64,000 bases of DNA from Verrucomicrobiales bacterium (GTDB taxonomy: Bacteria; Verrucomicrobiota; Verrucomicrobiia; Verrucomicrobiales; V1-33), in the NCBI GenBank assembly GCA_031411295.1, contig JANOAV010000048.1, forward strand, positions 18,609 to 82,608. Reading direction: 5' to 3'. Position numbers and translations under genes: made by a program. The notes under the pieces are model-generated. The model had not been told where the DNA came from and did not search any database. It saw nothing but the letters and a program-made list of their open reading frames with translations. This document shows, one piece after another, positions 34,763 to 44,584 of this stretch (positions are counted from its first letter, which is position 1; every line of letters starts with the position of its first letter).

Positions 34763-35557
34763 ATGAAATTAGCAATTCTCGGTTGTGGCAAAATGGGCAG
34801 CGCGCTGGTCAAGGGCGTCGTGGCTGCAGGTGTGGTGCAGGCTCAGGACGTTGCCCTCAGTGACGTTTACGCGCCCGGGCGCCAGGCCCTAGCCGCCGAG
34901 TTACCCGGCAGCCGGGAATGCGCCAGCAATCTGGAAGCCGCCACCGGGGCGGATCTGGTGTTGCTCTGCGTGAAGCCTTACGATGTGGCGGAGGTGCTGA
35001 AGGAAATTTCCTCAACTCCGCAGGCGACGTTAGTGGTGAGCATTGCCGCCGGCGTGCCCCTGAGCAAACTTGAAGCAGCGGCAGGGAAACATCGCGTCAT
35101 CCGCGTGATGCCGAACACTCCGGCCATGATTGGTCAAGGCGCGGCGGCATTTTCCTTGGGCAGCACGGCTACGGAGGCCGATGCCGCCGCCACGAATTCC
35201 CTCCTGAGCGCGACCGGCCTGGCCGTGCGGGTGGCGGAGAAATTGCTGGATGCCGTCACGGGGCTTTCCGGTAGTGGTCCCGCTTACGTTTACACCGTCA
35301 TCGAAGCCATGGCGGATGGCGGCCTGCAAATGGGGCTATCCAAAGAACAGGCGATCAAATTAGCCGCGCAAACGGTGGCTGGAGCCGCCGCCATGGTCCT
35401 GCAAACGGGTCTGCATCCGGCCATCCTGCGGGATCAGGTCACCAGCCCAGGCGGCACCACCATTGCTGGTCTGGCGGCATTGGAGCGCAACGGGGTCCGC
35501 TCGGCGTTTATGGAGGCGGTGCGGGCGGCTACGTTGCGGGCAAAGGAATTGGGTTAG
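34763..35557 (+). CDS. proC: Pyrroline-5-carboxylate reductase
   Basis: GCGKMG, RVMPNTP, GLSGSGPAY, VTSPGGTT. Confidence 0.97.
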   Translation: MKLAILGCGKMGSALVKGVVAAGVVQAQDVALSDVYAPGRQALAAELPGSRECASNLEAATGADLVLLCVKPYDVAEVLKEISSTPQATLVVSIAAGVPLSKLEAAAGKHRVIRVMPNTPAMIGQGAAAFSLGSTATEADAAATNSLLSATGLAVRVAEKLLDAVTGLSGSGPAYVYTVIEAMADGGLQMGLSKEQAIKLAAQTVAGAAAMVLQTGLHPAILRDQVTSPGGTTIAGLAALERNGVRSAFMEAVRAATLRAKELG

Positions 35558-35568
35558 GGGCCGATTTC

Positions 35569-35662
35569 GTAGTCCGAGGCTTCAGCCCGTCGACCCCTCC
35601 CCCGTGAATCAGCCGCCTGAATCGGCCCGGGACATGTCTGCGGGGTAATGCCCAAACACCAC
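35569..35662. repeat. REPIN-like GTAG element, inverted homolog of the units after guaA
   Basis: Reverse complement shares CCCGCAGACATGTCCC..GATTCAGGC..CTGATTCAC..GACGGGCTGAAGCC..ACTAC with 53824..53915. Confidence 0.8.
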
Positions 35663-35674
35663 GTTGGTTGTGCC

Positions 35675-35724
35675 AAAACGAACTGCCGAGCCTAAACGCA
35701 AGGGGGAGGCGTCGGCTCGGCAGT
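35675..35724 (-). terminator. Probable terminator hairpin
   Basis: ACTGCCGAGCC/GGCTCGGCAGT 11-bp stem followed by TCGTTTT on the minus strand. Confidence 0.55.
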
Positions 35725-35908
35725 CGAAATGGTATTAGCAATGTGGATCCAAGTTGCAGGTTGCGGCGTGAGCTTGGCAAACGTCTGCGCTTGGTCTGTC
35801 GCGGTGGAAAACTGCTCTGGTTTACGAGTAAACGGAGCAGTCACTCATACTTCATGGACGAGACTACTTCAGAGTCACGCCCGAAGACATGGGTTCAATC
35901 CCTAGAAA

Positions 35909-36013
35909 CTAGGACTTGTAACGCAGACGTTTCTTATGGCGATTGGCACGCATACGCTTTTTACGCTTATGCTTGTTGATCTTAGTCTTCCGTCTCTTCT
36001 TTAGAGAACCCAT
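35909..36013 (-). CDS. AURKAIP1/COX24-domain small basic protein (bS22/mS38-like ribosomal protein)
   Basis: Hand translation MGSLKKRRKTKINKHKRKKRMRANRHKKRLRYKS* (34 aa); below the ORF-track cutoff. Confidence 0.88.
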   Translation of the reverse strand: MGSLKKRRKTKINKHKRKKRMRANRHKKRLRYKS

Positions 36014-36284
36014 GGTATTAATGCTGAGTGGTTGTTATGAAAATGCGCACTGGCGCGGGAGGGGCGAATGGTATGAACTTGGGGGGCGATTGCAAATGGA
36101 AAAAGCGGGATTTTTTCCCTGCCCCGAGGAGGGCATGGAGCGAAACTCGCGTTCATTGGGCATTCTCGGCTCCGAGAAATGTCGCCAATGCGTCCCAGCG
36201 ACGCTCCGTTTCTGATCTCAACCGCCGCCGCATGATGGTTCTAAGAGCCACCGGAGCCAGCGAGGTTTGGCGGAAAAACGAGCT

Positions 36285-37382
36285 TTACAGCAGCGCGCTG
36301 GCGATATCCTCAGAGGTATCTGATGCGCGCGGCAGCGTCACTTTCACGGTATTCAGCTCCGGCCCCGAGCTGAAGTGGATTTCCCCCCGATGCAATTCCA
36401 CCAATGATTGCGCGATGCTGAGTCCCAGCCCGCAACCGTCCACGGCGCGCCCAGCCGAGCGATCACCCCGGTAGAATCGCTCGAAGACATGCTCGGCAGT
36501 ATCCTCGCTCAGATGAGGGCCGCTGTTCTGGATTACGAACTCGGCTCCGGTTGGGGTGCTCTTGAGGCTAAGGTGGACTTCCCCGTTGGGAACATTGTAT
36601 TTCACCGCATTGTCCGCCAGGATGAGCAACAGTTGCCGCAGGCGATGCCGATCGGCGGAGAGGGTGATTTCTTCACAGGGATGGAGTGAGATGCGGAGAT
36701 TTTTCCCATCTGCCAGCACCTCCAGATCATCCCGCACCTCGCGCACCAGTTCGTGCAACGCCACTGGCTCCAGAACCAGAGTGACCAGATCTGCATCCGC
36801 CCGGGTGAGCAAGGCCAGGCCATCCACGATCTTGGTCAGTCGGGAAATTTCATCCAAGCGGGTCTCCAGAATTTCCGGTCGGGCTTCGCGTGGTTCCGGA
36901 TTGGTCAACTCCCGTTCCAGACTGGCGCGCAGCACGGTGAGGGGAGTTTTTAGTTCATGGCTGGCGTGGAGGGTAAAATTATGGATTTGCAGGAAACTTT
37001 GGTGGAGCCGCTCGCTCATGCGATTGAAGGCGGCGGTCAATTTGTCCAACTCGTCGCCCCGTCCAGTTAGCGGCAGGGGGTGGCCAAGCTCGTCCAAGCG
37101 CCCACTGCTAATGCGCTCTGCCGCCGCCGTCAGACCATCAATGGGCCGCAACATGCGCAACACGAGATACCACGCGCCCACTGCCAGCAACAAAATGGGC
37201 ACGCTGCCGCGGCCCACGACTTCCATCATCCGCCAGGCGGGGGTTTCCTCCCGATCTTCTCCGGCGGTATCCGGATCGGCCGGTTCCTCCACCATTTCCC
37301 GATAGGACAAAAACGTCGTGAAGACCAAGCACACGCCCACCATCCCGCAGAAAATCACGGCCAGGCGCACCCGCAAACTCAT
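36285..37382 (-). CDS. HAMP-domain sensor histidine kinase
   Basis: Two TMs, HAMP, ASHELKTPL, DNAVKY, GLGLSIA. Confidence 0.92.
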   Translation of the reverse strand: MSLRVRLAVIFCGMVGVCLVFTTFLSYREMVEEPADPDTAGEDREETPAWRMMEVVGRGSVPILLLAVGAWYLVLRMLRPIDGLTAAAERISSGRLDELGHPLPLTGRGDELDKLTAAFNRMSERLHQSFLQIHNFTLHASHELKTPLTVLRASLERELTNPEPREARPEILETRLDEISRLTKIVDGLALLTRADADLVTLVLEPVALHELVREVRDDLEVLADGKNLRISLHPCEEITLSADRHRLRQLLLILADNAVKYNVPNGEVHLSLKSTPTGAEFVIQNSGPHLSEDTAEHVFERFYRGDRSAGRAVDGCGLGLSIAQSLVELHRGEIHFSSGPELNTVKVTLPRASDTSEDIASALL

Positions 37383-38092
37383 TTCGCTTCCTCCAGCACC
37401 TTGAGTTCCTGGGCTGGCTTGGTGTCGTGCATCACGTAGCCGATCCCTTTCACGGTATGGATCAATTTCACATCGTGCGAGAAGTCCACCTTATCCCGGA
37501 TCCGCCGCACATAGACGTCCACCAGATTTGTTCCCGGATCGAACTGATAGTCCCATGCCTCCGAGAGCAGCAGCGAGCGCGGACAGATGTGCCCTTGGTG
37601 TCGCATCAGGACTTCCAGCAGCTTGAATTCGCGCGGGCTCAGATCCACCCGTCGCCCCGCCCGCCGCACTTCGCGTGCGGCCACATTCAGCGAGAGGTCA
37701 GCCATGTGCAGCTCGATGCTCTTCCGTTCGCCTGATCTGCGTGTCAGGGCCTTCACCCGGGCCACGACCTCAGTGACCGAGAATGGCTTCGGTAAATAAT
37801 CGTCTGCCCCAGCATTCAGACCTTCCACCCGCTGCTCCACCCCACCCCGCGCTGAGAGCATGAGGACGGGCACGGAGTTGCTTTGCTTGCGCCACTCTTG
37901 CACCACTTTGAGCCCATTCCACTCCGGTAGCATGATGTCCAGCACCACCGCAGCGTAAGGTTCCCGCTGCCCCATTTCGTAGGCGGATTTCCCATCGCCA
38001 CAGATGTCCACTTTAAATCCATCCTCCCGCAATGCCTCCGCGATGAAATTGGCCGTGCGGGCTTCGTCTTCGACTAGTAAGATTCGTTTCAT
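37379..38092 (-). CDS. OmpR/CusR-family response regulator
   Basis: LLVEDE, LDIMLP, GADDYLPKPF, TNLVDVYV, HTVKGIGY. Confidence 0.93.
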   Translation of the reverse strand: MKRILLVEDEARTANFIAEALREDGFKVDICGDGKSAYEMGQREPYAAVVLDIMLPEWNGLKVVQEWRKQSNSVPVLMLSARGGVEQRVEGLNAGADDYLPKPFSVTEVVARVKALTRRSGERKSIELHMADLSLNVAAREVRRAGRRVDLSPREFKLLEVLMRHQGHICPRSLLLSEAWDYQFDPGTNLVDVYVRRIRDKVDFSHDVKLIHTVKGIGYVMHDTKPAQELKVLEEAK

Positions 38093-38263
38093 GGCTGGTA
38101 GTAAATTTCAAATTAGCATCCGACGCAAGCGCCACCAATAAGTGCGCGCCCGCTTGCTGATAGTCATACGACATGCCCCAACTTACCTGAAGTGAATATC
38201 CTGTCATGCCGACCATCCGCATGAATGGGCGATACCGCGGTGGGGATCTACGTTGCATTCTCC

Positions 38264-39202
38264 CTACCGGATCCGCTCGTATAACGCCTGCGCGACCAGC
38301 AATGGCTCCGCCGCAACGCCACTGGCTTGGGAGCGCTGTGGTGCGGCGGAAATGTTCTGCTCGGAGAAGATGACCGCCTCCATGTGCAACGTGTCTCCTT
38401 CAAGTATGGTGCTTAGGCCCACTGGCGTTTGGCAGCCAGCTTTCAGCAAATGCAGGAAATGCCGCTCTGCGGTGATCCGACAGAACGTGGGAGCATGATT
38501 CAATTTGGACAGACATTCGGCTAGCACGGGATCATCCCCGAAGACTTCCAGGGCCACCGCACCTTGGCTGGCTGCAGGAAGAAACTCCTGAGCGGACAAG
38601 CTTTCCTGATACAGGGTAACCCCACTAACTTCCGACGATGCAGCCGATAAATTCAGTCGATCCAACCCTGCGCGCGCCAACAGCAGGGCAGCCCAGCGTT
38701 CTGTGGTGGCCAGTTTCGTGATCCGGGTGGGCACGTTGCCGCGAATCTCCTCGACCTGCAAATCCGGTCGCAGCCAACGCAGTTGTCGGGCGCGACGCAC
38801 ACTGCTCGTCGCCACAATGGCTCCGCTGGGCAAGGCTGCGAGCCCGCCGGGGAATTTACTGATCAGCACATCTTCCGTGGCGGCCCGCGGGAGCACGGCG
38901 GTAATGCGGAACCCCTCGCCTAACTCAGTCGGCACGTCCTTTAAACTATGCACTGCCAGATCGATCTTTCCTGCCTCCAGAGCGATTTCCAGCTCTTTCG
39001 TGAAAATCCCCTTGTCCACTGGGTTCGGTCCCCGATTGAATTCCGCCAGTTTCAGATCCGGCCGCAGATCGCCCGTGGAATGGATGATTTCCCGCACCAC
39101 CGTTAGGTCCGGCCAGGCCAGCGCCAGCGCTTGTTCGGTCATGGTTGCTTGCGCCAAGGCCAGTTCGCTGCCGCGGGTTCCGAGTGTTAGTTTTGTCAGC
39201 AT
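38264..39202 (-). CDS. hemC: Hydroxymethylbilane synthase
   Basis: GTRGSELALAQ, KGIFTKE, AVHSLKD, TSSVRR, AGCQTP. Confidence 0.96.
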   Translation of the reverse strand: MLTKLTLGTRGSELALAQATMTEQALALAWPDLTVVREIIHSTGDLRPDLKLAEFNRGPNPVDKGIFTKELEIALEAGKIDLAVHSLKDVPTELGEGFRITAVLPRAATEDVLISKFPGGLAALPSGAIVATSSVRRARQLRWLRPDLQVEEIRGNVPTRITKLATTERWAALLLARAGLDRLNLSAASSEVSGVTLYQESLSAQEFLPAASQGAVALEVFGDDPVLAECLSKLNHAPTFCRITAERHFLHLLKAGCQTPVGLSTILEGDTLHMEAVIFSEQNISAAPQRSQASGVAAEPLLVAQALYERIR

Positions 39203-39223
39203 GAAGTTCGGGGGAGGTAAATT

Positions 39224-40318
39224 TTATGAGCCAGCAGGCGGTGCGGGCGCAGGCTGCAAGGCCGATGTGGCCATGGCATTGGGGTGCTGCGGGCGGAAGA
39301 TGGCGGAGTCCCGCACTTGCTCGTCGATGATAATCTGGCAACGCTCCAGCTCGCGCATCCGACGCTCGCGGGCGGACTGGGCGATGCTCTCCAGCGCATC
39401 GATATCGAAGAGATAAACATTATCCAATTCCGCCACCGCCGGGTCGATATCGCGCGGCACTGCGATGTCGATGAGGAACAATGGCCGACCACCCCGTCGC
39501 TTACGCAACGCAGGCTCCAGATCATCCGGATGCACCACCGTGTGGGGCGCTGCGGTGCTGCTGATAAGAATGTCCACGTTAGGAATTTCCCGCTGCCAGT
39601 CATCGAACGTAATCGCCCGGCCGCCCATTTCTGCGGCCATTTCCAGCGCCCGATCATGGCTGCGATTGGAAACGATGATGCTCTTGGCACCCCGACTTTG
39701 CAGGCTCTGCGCGGTGCGTCGGCTGATCTCCCCAGCGCCTAACAGCAGCACGTGACAGGCATCCAGATTGCCGAATAATTTTTCCGCTAGCTCCACCGCC
39801 ACGGAGCCCACGGACGTGGCCCCGCGTTGGATGTCGGTGTTGTTGCGCACCATTTTACCCACGCGGAAGGCTTCCTGGAAGAGTTTGTTCAGGGTGCGGG
39901 CAGTGGCTCCTTCCGCATGAGCCAGTTGATACGCATCCTTGACCTGACCGAAAATTTCCGTTTCTCCCAACACCATGGAATCCAGTCCACTGGCCACCGC
40001 AAAGAGATGGCGCACCGCAGCTTCCCGCGCATGATGGAAGAACGTTTCCGCCGACACCGCTCCTTCAATTGAGAAATGGCCCCGCAGCCAGGATTCAATG
40101 TTCGCCACGGCACCTGCCGGATCCTCCAGGGCAGAGGCATCCAGACCGGCATAGATTTCCATGCGGTTACAAGTGGACACGACGACGGCCTCTTGGATCC
40201 CTGCCAGCGTCGAGATTTGCTTGGCCACTTCGCCCAGATGCTTGCTACCAAAAGCCACGCGCTCCCGAATTTCCACGGGGGCGGTTTTGTAGCTTAATCC
40301 TAGGCAAACGACGGGCAT
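39224..40318 (-). CDS. hemA: Glutamyl-tRNA reductase
   Basis: STCNRME, GLDSMVLGETEI.GQVK, GAGE, DIAVPRD. Confidence 0.96.
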   Translation of the reverse strand: MPVVCLGLSYKTAPVEIRERVAFGSKHLGEVAKQISTLAGIQEAVVVSTCNRMEIYAGLDASALEDPAGAVANIESWLRGHFSIEGAVSAETFFHHAREAAVRHLFAVASGLDSMVLGETEIFGQVKDAYQLAHAEGATARTLNKLFQEAFRVGKMVRNNTDIQRGATSVGSVAVELAEKLFGNLDACHVLLLGAGEISRRTAQSLQSRGAKSIIVSNRSHDRALEMAAEMGGRAITFDDWQREIPNVDILISSTAAPHTVVHPDDLEPALRKRRGGRPLFLIDIAVPRDIDPAVAELDNVYLFDIDALESIAQSARERRMRELERCQIIIDEQVRDSAIFRPQHPNAMATSALQPAPAPPAGS

Positions 40319-40324
40319 GTCTGA

Positions 40325-41098
40325 TCAGTGGGCAAAAATCCAGAGCGTGATTAACGGCATCACAAACGCCGCTACCGAGGCCAGCGCGCTGCGTCGGGCG
40401 GACATGCCGCGGGTGAATTCGTAACCAATGAGCACGGCATACAGGGCCCAGATGAGATAGACTGGCATCAGCGAGTGTCCGGGGTTGACCTTGGTCATGC
40501 GCCACGCCGAAACGATGCCGACGCTCAGCAGCACGAAGCCAAAGACATTCAAGCGACGCATCACTTTCTGGAGAAAATGAATTGGCGGCAAATGGTAAAA
40601 GAGGGAGCGCAACTGATGTTTCCGCAGTTGCCGATCCTGCACCAGGAACATCACGCCGGCCACGCAGGACAAAGCAAACGCGCCGTAGCTCAGCAGGGAG
40701 ACTGATTTGTGCAGCTCATTCCAGTAGTCGCCTGCCACCGGATGAGCCACGACTGGATCCGGGGAGAACAGCGCCATCATATGCAGCAAGAACACCAGCG
40801 GGGCCGTGAACATCCCTAACAACGACCACCGATAACTTGTGCCGATCAGGAAATACAACACCATCATGGCCCACGCCACGAAGATCAGCACCTCAAATTG
40901 ATTGGTAGCCGGGCACTGCTGCACTTGCTTACCCCGCAGTGCCAGGAAAACGCACTGACACGCAAAACCAAGCCCCATCACTAGCAGATTCCACCAACTC
41001 GGCCGATACCTTCCGGTCCGCAAGGCCAGGAACGCAAACGCGAACCCGCCGCAGAAAAAGGCTGTAGCCAAGTAAATGAAAAATCGATCAGGGGGCAT
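40325..41098 (-). CDS. ccsA: Cytochrome c biogenesis CcsA/HemX-type membrane protein
   Basis: About eight TMs, ELHKSVSLLSYGAF..GVMFLVQDRQLR; typical position upstream of hemA; ATG at 41098. Confidence 0.75.
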   Translation of the reverse strand: MPPDRFFIYLATAFFCGGFAFAFLALRTGRYRPSWWNLLVMGLGFACQCVFLALRGKQVQQCPATNQFEVLIFVAWAMMVLYFLIGTSYRWSLLGMFTAPLVFLLHMMALFSPDPVVAHPVAGDYWNELHKSVSLLSYGAFALSCVAGVMFLVQDRQLRKHQLRSLFYHLPPIHFLQKVMRRLNVFGFVLLSVGIVSAWRMTKVNPGHSLMPVYLIWALYAVLIGYEFTRGMSARRSALASVAAFVMPLITLWIFAH

Positions 41099-41220
41099 GG
41101 GAACCGACAACCTAGGCCACCAACGACACCGCGCAAGCTGGGAAATGAACGCGAAATGCGGGTGGGAAGTCTCCGCGCGCCCCATCTGTAGTAGCAGGAA
41201 GGGTGCCCCCGCGCTCCAAC

Positions 41221-41658
41221 TCGCAAAGTAGCCGTCATCGCTCCGCGTGACGGCAGGCGTTAGCGGGCGCATTCGAGTTCGGAGTCAGTCTGCCTAGCGC
41301 AGCACGGCGCTCGCATCAACGGCGCATGGCAGGGACGCTGGCGTTTGGTGATTCGCAGCGGTGGAGGGATGGGGAAATCGTGCTGGTCATCACGCGGAGC
41401 GATGATGACTACTTTAAAGGACCACGAATCGCACGAATGACACGAATAAATCCCTCCGCCACAAAGCTCTTCGCAAAGTAGCCGTCATCGCTCCGCGTGA
41501 CGGCAGGCGTTAGCGGGCGCATTCGAGTTCGGAGTCAGTCTGCCTAGCGCAGCACGGCGCTCGCATCAACGGCGCATGGCAGGGACGCTGGCGTTTGGTG
41601 ATTCGTAGCGGCGGAGGGATCGGAAAATCGTGCTGGTCATCACGCGGAGCGATGATGA
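41221..41658. repeat. Two tandem copies (250-bp period) of a ~185-bp REPIN/MITE-like element
   Basis: 41221.. and 41471.. are near identical. Ends are AAAGTAGCCGTCATCGCTCCGCGTGACGG and TCATCACGCGGAGCGATGATGACTACTTT; the second copy lacks the final CTAC. Confidence 0.92.
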
Positions 41659-41740
41659 TTTTCTCCCCCGGAAGGCAATCACCGCATTATTTCAGATGCA
41701 AATTCTCCCCGCCACGGCATAGCAATGAAATTACTACTTT

Positions 41741-42775
41741 ATGAAATCCCTTACCCTCACTGCCTACAACGAATTCTCCTTTGGCGATACTCCGGTGCCC
41801 GAGACCGGCCCTGACGATTTACTCATCGAAGTGAAAGCCTGCGGCATTTGCGGCAGCGATGTCCATGGCATGGACGGCAGCACCGGGCGACGCATTCCAC
41901 CCATCATCATGGGTCACGAGGCTGCAGGGGTGATCAAAGAAATCGGCTCTGAAGTGAAGGGGGATTGGAAAATTGGCCAGCGAGTTACTTTTGATTCCAC
42001 CGTCTATTGTGGAAAATGTGACTACTGCGCAAAGGGCCTGGTAAACTTATGCGCCAGCCGTCGGGTGCTGGGGGTGAGCTGCGGGGAATACCGTCAAAAT
42101 GGAGCGTTTGCAGAATTTGTGAAAGTGCCAGAACGCGTGGCGGTGGCGGTGCCGGACAAAGTCAGCTTCGAGGAAGCCGTCTTCGTGGAACCAACCGCCG
42201 TGGCTCTCCACGGCGTGCGTCGGGCGCAAGCGGGACCGGGGGATACGGCCTTGGTCGTGGGCGCTGGCATCATCGGCCTGCTGACCATTCAAGCGCTCAA
42301 AGCGGCTGGTTGCACGAAAGTTTACGCCGCCGACCTCAATGTCCAACGGCTCGCCCTGGCGCTGGAGCTGGGAGCAGATGAAATTTTCCCCGTAGGCGAA
42401 GGCAACGTGAAAGAGAAAGTCCTGGAGCGAACCAATGGCGAAGGCGTGGACGTAGCCATCGACTGCGTGGGCATCGGCCCCGTGGTGGACCTGGTTTTAC
42501 ACGCCGTGAAAAAGGGCGGGCGCGTAGGACTCATCGGAAATCTCGCTCCACGTTGTGAATTCGCCCTGCAAACCGTGGTGACGCGGGAACTCAGCCTCTT
42601 CGGCTCCTGCGCCTCCGCTGGCGAGTATCCCCAGGCGCTGGAGGAAATTGCCGCCGGCCGCATCAAAGTGAAGCCCCTCACCAGCGCCATCGCCCCGCTG
42701 GAAGAAGGCTCCGACTGGTTCCACCGCCTCCACGGCGGTAAGGAGGATTTAATTAAGGTGATCCTGACTCCGTGA
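41741..42775 (+). CDS. Zn-dependent polyol/alcohol dehydrogenase (MDR family)
   Basis: CGICGSDVH, GHE, CGKCDYC..C, GAGIIG. Confidence 0.92.
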   Translation: MKSLTLTAYNEFSFGDTPVPETGPDDLLIEVKACGICGSDVHGMDGSTGRRIPPIIMGHEAAGVIKEIGSEVKGDWKIGQRVTFDSTVYCGKCDYCAKGLVNLCASRRVLGVSCGEYRQNGAFAEFVKVPERVAVAVPDKVSFEEAVFVEPTAVALHGVRRAQAGPGDTALVVGAGIIGLLTIQALKAAGCTKVYAADLNVQRLALALELGADEIFPVGEGNVKEKVLERTNGEGVDVAIDCVGIGPVVDLVLHAVKKGGRVGLIGNLAPRCEFALQTVVTRELSLFGSCASAGEYPQALEEIAAGRIKVKPLTSAIAPLEEGSDWFHRLHGGKEDLIKVILTP

Positions 42776-42778
42776 GAA

Positions 42779-43945
42779 TTATCTCAGCTTGCGCACCGCC
42801 CTATCGAAATCTGCTGGCCAATTCAAATTCACAACACCAACCGGTTGCTGTTCGCGGAAAAGGGCTGGATTTGCCAACACCATGGTCCTCCATGCCGCAA
42901 CTTCCCCATCCGATTCAAGAATTTCGGCAAACTGCACTTTCATTTCTGATGAGAATCTCCCGAATAGAGCGGTGCGGTCTTGCTGACTCGAAAAAAACCA
43001 TAGGGCTTCTCCTTTTCCAGCTTCTTCTGCGGCCTGTTTTGCTGCAGCCTGTAATGATGAATTGTTCAGGTAGTTGCTAAAAGCCGCGTTGTTCTGACCT
43101 ACCTCGTTGTATAGTATTTCCCTAGCATACATTTGTGACCGGGTTTCGCTGATCATGTCTAATTTTCCAGAATCTAGCCCCCTCTGCACGATGTCTAAAA
43201 GCAATGCAGTAATCGTGTTCCGTTGCTCCGCTGTTCCCAGCTTTCTGCTACCCGCTGGTCCTCGAGTCGAATTTAAGAGGGAATTTGTTTGCACGATGCT
43301 GGTATTTTTGCTGGAGAATTGGTAACTAGCCAGTGCCTCCGTTCGATCTATGCCCGCTGCTACGGCGGCATTTACATAATCACTACGCAGCATCGAAAAA
43401 TAGTCCGTGAAGCCTCCTGTCTCATAAGACGCCTTCATGAGTTGAATGGCTTCATTGATCTTGCCCGTGTGGAGCAAAATATCCGCCAAGACTTGAGTGG
43501 CCAAGACGTCTCCCGGGGCTAATGCTAGAAGTTGCCTTGCATATTGTTCTCTTTTATCCAGCGACAAAAGTGTTGAATCCAGCAACGCCTGCGCAAGCGG
43601 TGCCTTCTCGTTTGGATGTGAGGCAATGTAATTTTCTAATCCCTCCGCAGCCCCCGGCTTTTTGTGAATACCATCCCACAATACCTTTTCCCAAGTTTGC
43701 TCAGGGCCCCTCTGCGGCTCCGTCGAAATGACACTCCCTTGCTTGATGGCACTTTCATCTTGCCCCTGAATAGGTTTATTCAGCTGCTTGGTCGGAACAT
43801 TAGGAGTAGCTCGACAAAAAATCGCAACGGCACACAGGACAAGGAGGCCAAGGGCGCCTAGAATGGCTTTTGCCCCCTTAAATTTGCATTTTAGACGCGG
43901 CAATGTTTCCTGTGTGTAGCCGTCTTTATCATCGTCGTTGCTCAT
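42779..43945 (-). CDS. Hypothetical membrane-anchored helical protein (accessory cargo)
   Basis: ATG at 43945, one N-terminal TM, TPR-like helices, visibly more AT-rich than flanks. The ORF-track 5' extension is antisense of the duplicated segment. Confidence 0.6.
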   Translation of the reverse strand: MSNDDDKDGYTQETLPRLKCKFKGAKAILGALGLLVLCAVAIFCRATPNVPTKQLNKPIQGQDESAIKQGSVISTEPQRGPEQTWEKVLWDGIHKKPGAAEGLENYIASHPNEKAPLAQALLDSTLLSLDKREQYARQLLALAPGDVLATQVLADILLHTGKINEAIQLMKASYETGGFTDYFSMLRSDYVNAAVAAGIDRTEALASYQFSSKNTSIVQTNSLLNSTRGPAGSRKLGTAEQRNTITALLLDIVQRGLDSGKLDMISETRSQMYAREILYNEVGQNNAAFSNYLNNSSLQAAAKQAAEEAGKGEALWFFSSQQDRTALFGRFSSEMKVQFAEILESDGEVAAWRTMVLANPALFREQQPVGVVNLNWPADFDRAVRKLR

Positions 43946-44062
43946 GAAATGCTTTGAGGGTTGGTGGCTAGAACTTTTTCTAGTATGGCCAAAATTCAAG
44001 CCAGAGTCAAGACCGCTTTTCCTTCCAATGAGGATTGCTCCCATTTTGGGGTGAAAGATACA

Positions 44063-44170
44063 GTGAAGCCACTCACCAGCGCGATCGCCCCACTGGAGGA
44101 AGGATCCGACTGGTTCCACCGACTCCATGGCGGCAAGGAGGATCTGATCAAAGTGATTCTGACTCCGTGA
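44063..44170 (+). pseudogene. Orphan 108-bp copy of the dehydrogenase 3' end
   Basis: Matches 42668..42775; identical 35 aa, 13 nucleotide differences, all synonymous (hand count). Confidence 0.95.
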
Positions 44171-44229
44171 GGCCTGTGTCCTGAGGGGAATCTCTAACTA
44201 GGGTTGAAGGCGCCATGTCCGTTTTCCGC

Positions 44230-44257
44230 TTGAAATATGCCACCACGTAATTACAGT
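44230..44257 (+). promoter_or_regulatory. Putative toxin-antitoxin promoter with palindromic operator
   Basis: TTGAAA, 16 bp, TACAGT; GTAATTAC palindrome at 44247..44254. Confidence 0.45.
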
Positions 44258-44266
44258 GAGTCCATT

Positions 44267-44584
44267 ATGAAAGCGACCACCATTACTTTGGCACAAATCG
44301 GAAATTCGCGAGGAATTCGACTCCCCGCTGGGTTGATTCAGAAATACGGTTTCGAGCAAGGTATGATCTTGGAGGACCGGGGACATGAGATTGCGCTAGT
44401 GGCACCATCCGGGCCCCGGAAGCTCTCTTGGGAAGCCACTGCGCGGGAAATGGCTAGCGCGGCCGAGGATTGGTCCGAATGGGACGCGACGGGAGCAGAT
44501 GGACTAGAGAATATTCCCTGGACGGAACCAGCGCCAAAGCCAAAACGCCCCGCTTCCAAAACCAAAGCCTGCCGCAAGAAATGA
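44267..44584 (+). CDS. AbrB/MazE-family antitoxin
   Basis: LAQIGNSRGIRLP; ATGA overlap with the toxin. Confidence 0.88.
   Translation: MKATTITLAQIGNSRGIRLPAGLIQKYGFEQGMILEDRGHEIALVAPSGPRKLSWEATAREMASAAEDWSEWDATGADGLENIPWTEPAPKPKRPASKTKACRKK

Noticed and set aside
35885..35910. tRNA/tmRNA-like T-loop GGGTTCAATCCC
   Set aside because: No complete T-stem, acceptor stem or cloverleaf could be built.
39224..39330. hemA apparently truncated (short C-terminus)
   Set aside because: Catalytic and NADPH-binding regions are intact and the gene sits normally before hemC; short HemA forms are plausible, so it is not called a pseudogene.
41221..41658. Possible CRISPR array (also considered at 53824..54043)
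   Set aside because: Only two long units with conserved interiors, no unique spacers and no cas genes.
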